Assembly: GCA_965644295.1 (NCBI GenBank)
Contig: CBFFRP010000348.1
Location: 124,001-188,000 of the forward strand
DNA length: 64,000 nucleotides
Reading direction: 5' to 3'
Origin: Paraphysomonas bandaiensis
Lineage: Eukaryota > Protista > Chrysophyceae
Below the pieces are notes generated by a model. It was not told the DNA's origin, made no database searches, and saw nothing but the letters and a program-made list of their open reading frames with translations. A program made the position numbers and the translations under genes. Within the stretch, counting starts at the first letter, position 1; the number at the start of each line of letters is the position of its first letter. Positions 25,111 through 36,773 of this stretch are shown one piece after another.

Positions 25111-28100
25111 ATGTCGAAGAAGTATGTTTCAACGAGTGAGTTCATGCGGGTGGTTAGACAGGGCATTATCCCTGAAGTAGAGGGGTCATTAGCGGTTGAA
25201 CCACAAATTCTGAACACATTAGATGCGGTAGGAGTGTGATATCTGTTGAAGATGAATTTGAATTTTATTTGTGGAATATTCTCAGAAAAGTCGAACCCCT
25301 CTGCACATAGCCTGTAAGTACGGTCAAATAGAAGTTGCTCGTGTACTGATACGACATGGGGCCAATTTAAACCCCAAGAATTGTGTAAGTGATCTTAGTT
25401 TACATTTTATTGGGGGTTTGTTATGTTATTTTGCAGTGGGGTCATACTCCGTTGCATACTCTGTGCAATCTCGGAATTGTCGATCATTGTAAAGTCTTAA
25501 TTGAGGCTGGGGCGTCGTTGAGTATTGTTGATAATGTGGGTTTATTGACAGCAAAGTTCACGGGAAGATATTGACTTTGCGTGTTTACACAGGCTGGATA
25601 TACACCTCTTGAATTTGCGCTTCATCACAATAATGTTGCTGTGGCGTCGCTCTTGATTCGCTCCGGATCTCCAGTAAACACCCGTGGCCCGGTGAGTAGG
25701 ACATGTTTCCACCATTCATTTCTAACAGCTGTGAACGCAGAGAGCAGGTATAGGATCTCCTCTACACTGGGCTTGTAAACATGGTGATGAAGCATTGATA
25801 ACGCTACTTGTGGAAGCTGGGGCTGACGTATCAGTAAAGAATTTTGTAAGTTTGTACGATAGTGATTTGTGACGTTAACTGTACGAATACAGTGGCGGCG
25901 TACTCCCGGTGATGTCTGTTGCAGTCAACGAATAAGAGAAGTTCTCATGGAATCAGTGGTAAGTTGTAAGTCACTTATGCATTGACCCTTTCGTTCAACC
26001 TCCGGTGTCAGGAGTTAAGCTGTTCAGGAGACAGCTTTGCTAACATTTATGCCCCGGCGGGCGGCGCTGCTGGTAGCGGTAGAATCGTGCGTAAACCAGA
26101 GGATGAAGATATTTGTGTCTCCTACCAGGAGCAGATGCGACAGCCAACTCAACACGCCGCCGCGTCTTCTGCCAGCGACGAGATAACCAAATTCCTTTTA
26201 TCTGTTTGTACCCCACCTCTCGACCAGACCCGTGCTAAGGAAGTAGTCGCTAAAGCGGCTATGCTAGATATGCATACCCTGCGTGAACTAGCCCATGAGC
26301 TTGACACTGACGAAGCTTTTGGGACTGAATATCTGCGACTGACAGGGGTGGAACAGGCGGCAGTAATGTCGTCTTTGGCTGAAAAAGGTATGCTTGATGG
26401 CTATGTAGCGCGTGGTGTGCGGGTTCGACGCGTACGGCCGCTTGAGGTGGGAGAGAGAGTGCTGGAAGGAATATTCGTAGGGTCTGTTGTACAACCAGGT
26501 GAGGATGAATCCAACGCTAAAGAGATTTGCCTCAAGACAGATAATGGCTGCCTACGTGAAATTGCTGCTGAGCTTCGAATATTGAAAGAGTGTATTGGGC
26601 TCAGTGGGGTAGTTGAACTGTGTGGTTGCGGAACTGCACAGGAAACGCGGTATATTGCACTGGATATGTTTGGTGAAGATCTCGCGCAACTGCTCTCACG
26701 GTCGATGTCAACTGAAGAACGTGCGGCAGCGTTTGTTGAGACATGCATAGCAGTGTGTTCACTTCACTCGTACGGCGTCGTCCACGGGGATCTGGCACCG
26801 GAGCATATTCTTGTTAAGTCTCGTGGCGGCTCTGTCGCTGTTAAAGTTTGTGGCCTCAGTAGTGCTCGTCGCAGCGGTGAGGAATTTCCTTGTAACAGAG
26901 ACGGCCAGCTGAAATACACACACGGATATGCGGCTCCAGAGGTATATTTCGGTTCTCCTGGCCGTTGCCGCGCGTCCCCTAAAATTGATATATTCTCCCT
27001 CGGGTTGATCGGTATTTTCCTAATTGGAAAGAGGAGTTTGCACGACCAGAACACTCCAGACAGCGAGTTGAAAAAGGTCTTGAGGGACCAGAAGCAATTG
27101 AATCTCGCGATTAGTCGTGCACTTGGTTATGTTTCCAGTCGTGATATGATATTGCGAATGTGTAAATTAGATCCAACAGAACGCGGCGATATCGAGACCG
27201 TAGTTAATATTATGCAGACCCGTATGACTGAAGTTGAGAACGATAGCACCCTTTTCGATGCATGCAGTGCTTATGATGAAATATGTTCGAAGTTCGAATC
27301 CGATGGGTATGTCTTGTCCTGTAAACTAGCCTTGAACACCCGGTGCTACGGCCTAATTAAAAATGCGAAACGAGAGTTTGATCGTGCACTTGCAGCTGCG
27401 TCCTCTTGTACTGATGATGATCTTCCTGTGGATGACATTAAGGCGTGCAACCGCTTGATAGAGAACGTTCTTAGTACATGTAACGACTGCTCTGATACTG
27501 GTGAATTCAGTGTACTCACAACCCGTTTCAGTTCAGTGAATCAGCTGGCCAGTGATAGTCTTATGCAATATGTTTACTCTACCGTGCTGGATAAGCTAGT
27601 AAGGTTCCAGGATGCACTGATGAGCGTTGTTGACAGCGTTGAGGCCGTAGTGGAGGCACGAGTGAAGCTTGGTCGATGTACAGAGGAAGCAGTCTCTTCC
27701 AGTAGTAGTCTAGTAGAGTATATAAGACTAATAAAGCTTTATTCTCTGCGCATGAGCGAGAAGCAGATGGAGCACGCCGAAGAAATTAAAGCCAGTGTAG
27801 CCCGGCTGGAGCTCTCTATGCAAGCCTGCAGTGGCATAAACCCTGGGCTTGTACATTTCATGCAAAGTGAACTCAGCAATCTGTACTCCTCGTTACATGA
27901 AACTCTGGGGCCTGCTAGACCTGCCCCCTGTCTCACATTTTTCTTACCATCTGCCACATTAGAGCCGTCTGATGATGGTTCTTTGCGTATCAGGGCCAGT
28001 CAAACTCACTACAGACCCTACTTCATGTGCTGTCAGTCTTACGAGCTGCGGTCGGGAGGTTTAGACATATATATACCATCACAACTTCTGGTCCAATCCT

Positions 28101-28516
28101 TCCCCATTTCGAAGCTATGCTTGGTGGCACTGAAAAAGGTGGTTGCATCATGGGTAGGTGCACTAGACCACTGGGGCTTTCCACAATCAATGAATACGTC
28201 AGAGTTGGTTGTGAAATACATAGACTACGCCCTCAAGGTATTGGAAGATTGCGTGAATGGAAAAACTGAGTCTGATGGTAGCAAAGAAGATATTGTATCG
28301 ATTGATGATATTCAATCATACAGTGACGACGTGTTGTTGTCTTCTCTTCACCTTGACCAACAGATCATCAGCTCTGCGTACAGTGCTATATGCAATATTG
28401 TAGAAACTAACCACATTGATGTGTCTCGTCTAGCGGGGTTCAGACAGGTCACAAGCTGTGGTAGGGTAGGGTGGATTGTAGACAGGAATGATGTCGAGCT
28501 ACGTTTCATGGAGTAG
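25111..28516 (+). CDS. Ankyrin-repeat protein with kinase-like (probable pseudokinase) domain
   Basis: Short exons with TPLHIAC, GHTPLH, GYTPLEFA and GSPLHWAC ankyrin repeats. The long last exon has ICLK, HGDLAPEHIL, YAAPE and DIFSLG. Confidence 0.82.
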
Positions 28517-28727
28517 GTAGTTCTTTAGGTGTATTTGTATCGTGATAATGTCAAACAAAAGTGTTAACTAGTTAGAGTTTACGCGTAAGTAACCGGATGA
28601 TAACTAGTCACTATACAGTATAAATTTAAAGTTTATAGACTTTTACATTTGTAGCAAACTACAAAGTTCTATTATTAGTATAACTCCAGTGATGTGCATT
28701 TCATAGCCAAATGCGTGTGTGTTACAA

Positions 28728-28967
28728 GGGACACAAATATAAGTGTCCCTTGTGTAGACGTCTTTGGGCCCTGACGAATAAACAGGCATCCAGGCTGTCT
28801 ATCTTAAGGACTCAAATATCCTGAAGTCAGCATATGCCAGGTATATAAAGATTCAGCTTGCTCACTGCGTTTGTTTGAGTGATAGAGCGAAAGTGTTTGC
28901 ACCTTGGTGCTTGCAATGACGCACACGCAGCTCGTAGCGTTAAATAGAAGGGTATCAGAGTTAAGCA
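28728..28967. repeat. Dispersed repeat copy 2 (empty site for the 8129-8232 MITE)
   Basis: Similar to 7874-8273. Starts with the hairpin GGGACAC-AAATATAA-GTGTCCC. Confidence 0.85.
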
Positions 28968-30927
28968 CTAGTTAGTTATTATCATAATATTGTACAGAGA
29001 ATACTATAGTTGTACTACTAAAACTGAAAAGTATGCATGTGTAATAACAACTAAAACTTACCATTACCGAATACTGCATACCTGTACAACAACAACTCCT
29101 CCTCTGTCTCATGTGCACGCTGAATACGATGCAAATCCTGGTGCATGTTAAGCATGGACAGAAGGCATGCATTGATATCAGCGTGGCCAAAACTAGAGGG
29201 GGGAGGTATGAACGAGATGGAAGGTGGTGTCGCAGCGTACTTGCGGAAGGTTGGTAAACACCAGAAGTACTTACATTAGAAAACGACGGGACAACAACAG
29301 CAGGAGTATTCACAGGATATTAAGTTGGCAGAGGAATATCGGGTGTAGTAGTAGCTTATTGCTTGATCTACAATAACAATAATATATACATGATGCCTCT
29401 TTAATGACGCGTGACCGGGCCATACGAGGTCGACGCTTTCGCTTGTTGACCTCAATTATTCCAGATGCAGCAGTTTGCCCGTCACTCATTGGATCAGACG
29501 TGGCCAGTTCCCTAGCTCGTATTTATTTCTCTTATCTGGATCAACTACGCGTAATTTCTCTTCTATCCAAGCTCTCTATTTCTTCTTCTTATGACCTGTA
29601 TCTACTTCCGTATCGTGGACGGAATTAAAAGGATTAATCTTTCTAACACCAGTCCAAAGCTTAACATCATTCTCCTCACTCCATACCAGGATGTCATACC
29701 TGGATGTTGAACATTTTGTTCGAAGGTATCAGAGAACTATAAACTTCTTGTCCTTCTTACTTCGGCGTAGCACCCAACACGTTGACAAATTCATATGCCG
29801 CAAGTTCGAATTGAAATGAGCAACTACAGCCAAATAGTCGACCATAAGAGGCACGACAGCCATTACTTCTAGATAATAAGCAGTCGAACTACATTCCCAG
29901 TATCACTCGTACATTTCTTTCTAGCATAACAGTGAGAACCATTTGAGTGAGTTGTACTGAATGGAATTTCTTTCGAAAGGAAGCACTCCAAATAATCATT
30001 AGATTTATGGCCAGGCTCTGAAATCACATCACCCTTGGAGTCACCCATCTCGACACTCTCTTCATTACACTCCTCCGCTAGGTCCACGAGATCCTTCTTC
30101 GTTTACTCAAAGGGCTCATGCTCAAATTAATCCTTATAGCTGTCTGCATTGCAGGGACCGCAAATTGAATCTGATACACCGTCATCTCGATTACTGTAAT
30201 GATTAGAGCACACTGAATACGTCAATTACCTTTAATCGAATTCAATATCGGACTGGCTACTATAGAATTCACCTCTGTTGAGGTATGAGTCATCGATGCT
30301 ATCTGTCATGTTTAAAGTATAGAATGAATCGGATTGAAATTGCTGCACAGCGCAACAATTGCTCAATCGGATTTGTTGCTCATATCGCCCTCTCCTCTAT
30401 GCTGCTATGTTCCGGCTGATCGTCATCAATCCATATCGCCACAAAGAGGGTTTTGCTATACTTTTTGAAGTATGAAACTGCAAGAGATGCATATCTTCGG
30501 CATCTCCAGTGAGCTTCATTGCCACCCCCCCCTCCTCATATAGTCTCTCATTCATAACTCGGTCATTATTTAAATTTTGAAGGGTGCTGATTCATTTCTC
30601 TTGACTGTGAGCTACAAGACTGAGTCCAGCTCGATCCATAGTGTGGATGTTATGCTCTGTACCTTCCTGTGAGATGTTTCTATACGTAGTTTAGCACTGC
30701 AGGATACTGTCTGCACAATTCAAGTGTACTTCAAACCGGACGCACCGCGGCATGTACATAGAACGGATTAATATCATGGCTTTTTATAGTTTATTTCATT
30801 CGAAACCAGGGGTATTTAGCGTTTTGGTCATGTAAATCTTTTTCCATACATTTTCTAGTATGAAAAAATAAGATTTTTAGTTGAAGTTTGAATAATTTAC
30901 TGCACTGTGACTGTGTACTGTGTTGTG

Positions 30928-33900
30928 TATACCACTCGCTCCGTTTTCCGGTGCCGCTGTTTTTTGAGGTGCCATTCTTTGGTGTGTTTTTTATCATCAG
31001 AATTGCAATCGGATCTTCATATAGATATACATGTATGTATATTCCTTTAAAATCATCATATTTGTACACTCCTGTCATAATAAATACACCAATACATAAG
31101 AATGGATAGTTCCTGTGGTTAGTCACATCAACACTGATATCTGGTTGAAATATCAGATGATGGGGAGTGAGAGGGATGTATTCCTGGTCCTCTGAACCTG
31201 GTGATGTACTCAGCGTTGTTGCCGCTTCCTGTAAGCTCATTGTTTGTATTTTTAGGGGAGATAATCATTCAGCTGCTATGTAGACAATAGGGAGTCTTCC
31301 ATGCGCAGACCTCACTTCATTATTAGTCTCATTTGTAGTGTATTTGCGGATATATATCGGATCTATGCGATATATGGCTTCATTGTGTTTGTGTCATCTG
31401 CATTGAAGTGTAGGTATTTGAGTGGAAGAGTATATAAGTGTGTTATATTGTCTCTTGTTGCATTCTGCTGCTTGTTTACATGATTATAGATGCTAGTGCT
31501 ACACATAACCTCGTTATTATTACGTATTCTCGTTACAATATTTTAAGACTGTGTTTTCACGAATATTGAAGTCGTCATCTTATGGCATATCAGCATAGAT
31601 TACCTATTCACCAGCTATACATGTATGTACTCAGTGTGTTCATGTTCATGCAACAGTTCAAGATCTAGATATGTGGTATATGTTCTGTGTCTTCGCTCTG
31701 TGTGCTTCATACAACATATATAGACCATGTATGTGGCATATGTTCTCTGTATGTGCTTCATACAACACATTGAGACCATATATGTGGTATATGATCTGTA
31801 TGTTCGCTGTGCTGTGCTGTAAGTACACAGCACACAGAGACTGTGTATGTGAAATGTGCTCTGTATATTCACTCTGCGTGCTTCATACAACACGCAAGAA
31901 CTATATATGTGGTATATGATCTGTATGTTCGCTGTGCTGTGCTGTAAGTACACAGCACACAGAGACTATCTGTATATTCACTCTGCGTGCTTCATACAAC
32001 ACGCAAGAACTATATATGTGGAATATGATGTGAATATATTACTCTGTGCTCTTCATGCAACATACAGGGACTATGTATGTGTTATATGGTGCGTAGTATC
32101 ACACTTTGCCCCTCATACAACACGCAAAGACTATATATGTGGTATATGGTATATGCGTTCACTCTGTGCGCACCATGCGACACGCAGGGACTATATAAGT
32201 ATTGTATGATGTATGTATTATGTATTCACTATGTGCTCTTCATGCAATACACAAGGGCTATTTGAGTGCTATATGATGTGTATTTTTGCACTCTGTGCTA
32301 CATATAACACAGAGAGACTATTGAAGTGTTTTTTAGTGATCTGTATGTTTACTATGTGCTCTTCGTACAGTACACAAGCACTCAATGTATGGTATATGAC
32401 GTGTAGTTTCGCTCTCTATGCTTCGTATAGTAGCCGGGGATTATATCAGTGTTATATGATGTATGTGTTTACTCTCTATGCTTCGTATATCGTGTATAGT
32501 ATATAGCACATAGGGACTATGTAGGTAGTAGGCGCAGCACTTTGCAGTTGTATATAGCACTGGGTTTATATGTTTACTCTGTAAACTCCGTCGAGTAGAA
32601 TTTTAATAACAGTGGAAAATGACATTAAATTGTCATATTTTATTGTGTAGTATTAGTACTTAGAGTGCTACTGCCAACTGTACACGATGGGATAGGAAGC
32701 CAGATTAGTACAATAGTAAAGTACTTATGTAAATAGTAAACCCTTAAAGCAAAAAATACGTTATCTATTAAAAACTAAAAACAAGCGTGCACTGTGGATT
32801 ACAGTGTTCAAATTAAAAAATCAGCAACATCAAACTTAACCATACGCTATGCTAGCTACAACCATATGCTACGCTACTTCCATCGCCCCATTGTCATCAA
32901 GTGTTCTTAGGGCCTCGATTGCTTTATCAAGTCTGTACTGACGCTTCTCGGCGATGGACATTCCTCGTAACAATACTTTTTCTTCGTCTCTCTTTTCTTT
33001 GGCCTCAGCCTTGGCTGTCAGCCTATCCAAGCTATATCCCTATGTACTATATACTATACACGATATACGAAGCATAGAGAGTAAACACATACATCATATA
33101 ACACTGATATAATCCCCGGCTACTATACGAAGCATAGAGAGCGAAACTACACGTCATATACCATACATTGAGTGCTTGTGTACTGTACGAAGAGCACATA
33201 GTAAACATACAGATCACTAAAAAAACACTTCAATAGTCTCTCTGTGTTATATGTAGCACAGAGTGCAAAAATACACATCATATAGCACTCAAATAGCCCT
33301 TGTGTATTGCATGAAGAGCACATAGTGAATACATAATACATACATCATACAATACTTATATAGTCCCTGCGTGTCGCATGGTGCGCACAGAGTGAACGCA
33401 TATACCATATACCACATATATAGTCTTTGCGTGTTGTATGAGGGGCAAAGTGTGATACTACGCACCATATAACACATACATAGTCCCTGTATGTTGCATG
33501 AAGAGCACAGAGTAATATATTCACATCATATTCCACATATATAGTTCTTGCGTGTTGTATGAAGCACGCAGAGTGAATATACAGATAGTCTCTGTGTGCT
33601 GTGTACTTACAGCACAGCACAGCGAACATACAGATCATATACCACATATATGGTCTCAATGTGTTGTATGAAGCACATACAGAGAACATATGCCACATAC
33701 ATGGTCTATATATGTTGTATGAAGCACACAGAGCGAAGACACAGAACATATACCACATATCTAGATCTTGAACTGTTGCATGAACATGAACACACTGAGT
33801 ACATACATGTATAGCTGGTGAATAGGTAATCTATGCTGATATGCCATAAGATGACGACTTCAATATTCGTGAAAACACAGTCTTAAAATATTGTAACGAG

Positions 33901-34500
33901 AATACGTAATAATAACGAGGTTATGTGTAGCACTAGCATCTATAATCATGTAAACAAGCAGCAGAATGCAACAAGAGACAATATAACACACTTATATACT
34001 CTTCCACTCAAATACCTACACTTCAATGCAGATGACACAAACACAATGAAGCCATATATCGCATAGATCCGATATATATCCGCAAATACACTACAAATGA
34101 GACTAATAATGAAGTGAGGTCTGCGCATGGAAGACTCCCTATTGTCTACATAGCAGCTGAATGATTATCTCCCCTAAAAATACAACAATGAGCTTACAGG
34201 AAGCGGCAACAACGCTGAGTACATCACCAGGTTCAGAGGACCAGGAATACATCCCTCTCACTCCCCATCATCTGATATTTCAACCAGATATCAGTGTTGA
34301 TGTGACTAACCACAGGAACTATCCATTCTTATGTATTGGTGTATTTATTATGACAGGAGTGTACAAATATGATGATTTTAAAGGAATATACATACATGTA
34401 TATCTATATGAAGATCCGATTGCAATTCTGATGATAAAAAACACACCAAAGAATGGCACCTCAAAAAACAGCGGCACCGGAAAACGGAGCGAGTGGTATA
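30928..34500. repeat. Large inverted repeat (arms 30928-32516 and 33037-34500, ~520-bp spacer); foldback-like
   Basis: Mirror-image ORFs appear in the track. Arms are near-identical except for a ~125-bp duplication in the left arm and a few single-base differences. The inner halves are a degenerate ~55-60-bp minisatellite. Confidence 0.95.
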
Positions 34501-35410
34501 TGTGTATATGTGTATATATATGCTTGAAATGGGGTGGCACCTTCACGCACCATAACATAAAGCCAGAGCACAGTCTCCCCGTCAGCTTGAAAGAGATGGA
34601 CGGTAGAATAAAGTTACTTCATTCGTAGAGGGATACAGGAGGGATTCTTGTACCACATGAACGTATGTATAATACGCTGTCGTTTGTATATCCATACACG
34701 TTATGCTTGTTTTCAAACAGAGCTCAATAGTCACCCGGGCTAGAGTTGCGTGGCATCAATTCGCTAGTGTGTGTGAGAGTTATTGATTAGCTCAATAGTC
34801 ACCCGGGCTAGAGTTGCGTGGCATCAATTCGCTAGTGTGTGTGAGAGTTATTGATTAGCTCAATAGTCACCCGGGCTAGAGTTGCGTGCCATCAATTCGC
34901 TAGTGTGTGTGAGAGTTATTGATTAGCTCAATAGTCACCCGGGCTAGAGTTGCGTGCCATCAATTCGCTAGTGTGTGTGAGAGTTATTGATTAGCTCAAT
35001 AGTCACCCGGGCTAGAGTTGCGTGCCATCAATTCGCTAGTGTGTGTGAGAGTTATTGATTAGCTCAATAGTCACCCGGGCTAGAGTTGCGTGCCATCAAT
35101 TCGCTAGTGTGTGTGAGAGTTATTGATTAGCTCAATAGTCACCCGGGCTAGAGTTGCGTGCCATCAATTCGCTAGTGTGTGTGAGAGTTATTGATTAGCT
35201 CAATAGTCACCCGGGCTAGAGTTGCGTGCCATCAATTCGCTAGTGTGTGTGAGAGTTATTGATTAGCTCAATAGTCACCCGGGCTAGAGTTGCGTGCCAT
35301 CAATTCGCTAGTGTGTGTGAGAGTTATTGATTAGCTCAATAGTCACCCGGGCTAGAGTTGCGTGCCATCAATTCGCTAGTGTGTGTGAGAGTTATTGATT
35401 AGCTCAATAG

Positions 35411-35727
35411 TGTGGGCTTGCATACATATGTGTATGTGTGCAAAGCAATACCCAAGTACAGAAGTACAAAATAATGATTATTATCGTATAATGAATCATG
35501 AATAATACTGTCTACAATATCAACGGCTAATAATACTGTCTACAATATCAACGGCTAATAATACTGTCTACAATATCAACGGCTATTGCTAATCCCAACA
35601 ATCACATTCCCTACAGTTTGTATTCCTAACTACATGGTACACGTATACAATACAGTACTGTACTACTAATCATATAATACAGGACATGTACACGTATATA
35701 TTCTATATGTAAGTGGATAGTCCTACA
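35411..35727 (-). repeat. 3' LTR (contains 3 x 28-bp internal repeat)
   Basis: Appears identical to 40676-40992. Contains AATAATACTGTCTACAATATCAACGGCT x3. Confidence 0.95.
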
Positions 35728-35792
35728 CTACCTCCCCTTATAATTGATGTGTTAATGTGTTATATTGACACTCAATTCTGTAAACTTTGTTA

Positions 35793-36773
35793 TTAATCTT
35801 CTTCATCAGAAGAATAAACCACATTTCGAGGTAGTAAATTTCTTACATTTTCATCAGGATGTTGAGTTAGGAAATTTTGTAGAGCATACGTTTTTCTAAC
35901 GTTAGCCCATGGTTCCCATGTAGGTTTTTCATACCCTATCCAATGTACTAGAAATTTTATTTGACTTTTCGGACCTTTAGCTCGACCTTTTATTTTTGAA
36001 ATATGGTCAATAGCATAAAAGTTTCCACCATCTTTACATGCCACTTGTAAGGGGTCAATAGTAGAGGGATCGTAATTAAATTCCCTTAATTTCTTTATAT
36101 GATAGTCTTTATTACGTTTAGTAACAATATCTTGAAGAGTATATTTGTCTCCAATAACATTGACTACTCGCATTGGACCTTTAAGATATGGTAATAACTT
36201 ACTTGCCGGTCCAGGACGTAAAGCATTTTGTCTATGCTCAACTAACACATAAGAATTTATTGGAAATTCTTTTGTTTGTATATTTGGTGCAGTTGCCATG
36301 TGGATTTCATCATGTTTGCGAAGATTTCGTCTTGCAACATCCATAATAGTGGACTGAACCTTTTGTATTCTATCTATCCAATGTGATAGCTTTTGTTCGT
36401 TCCCGTCCAAGTTCTCATTGTGTTCAATGAATAAACTCTTATCTAAATCTACTGCATTCCCAAATAGAATACTAGCGGGAGTAACGCCGGTGCTTCTATG
36501 TTTAGAAGAATTCATAATTCTTTGTACTAAAGGTAGATACATTGACCAATTATTTAGTACATTTTTATCAAATATAATATTTCTTAAGTGCCTTAAAATT
36601 TCTTTATTAGCACGTTCCACTATAGCATTTTCTTCTTTAGAATACGCCATCGAAAATGATTGATTACTTCCAACCATTTCTATCAATGATTTTGTTAAAT
36701 CATCCACAAATGCTGGTCCAAGATCCGAATGAATCTCAATAGGTGCTCCATATCTACCCAGGTGTTGAAGCAA
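35793..36773 (-). CDS. Integrase C-half plus chromodomain (frameshifted continuation of Pol)
   Basis: IHSDLGPAF, ENAIVERANK, GPY/F-like LKGPMRV and chromodomain KFLVHWIGYEKPTWEPWANV. Confidence 0.92.
   Translation of the reverse strand: MLQHLGRYGAPIEIHSDLGPAFVDDLTKSLIEMVGSNQSFSMAYSKEENAIVERANKEILRHLRNIIFDKNVLNNWSMYLPLVQRIMNSSKHRSTGVTPASILFGNAVDLDKSLFIEHNENLDGNEQKLSHWIDRIQKVQSTIMDVARRNLRKHDEIHMATAPNIQTKEFPINSYVLVEHRQNALRPGPASKLLPYLKGPMRVVNVIGDKYTLQDIVTKRNKDYHIKKLREFNYDPSTIDPLQVACKDGGNFYAIDHISKIKGRAKGPKSQIKFLVHWIGYEKPTWEPWANVRKTYALQNFLTQHPDENVRNLLPRNVVYSSDEED

Noticed and set aside
28760-28810. Hammerhead ribozyme core (CTGACGA followed by a stem)
   Set aside because: No GAAA follows stem II, and the paralogous copy has TTGACGA.
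29400-30900. Coding-like minus-strand fragments with stops
   Set aside because: Probably a decayed gene or TE, but no family motif could be identified.
31615-33814. Cys/Tyr/Met-rich ORFs in the inverted repeat arms
   Set aside because: Translations of a TG/TA-rich minisatellite, open in several frames, with no protein-like features.
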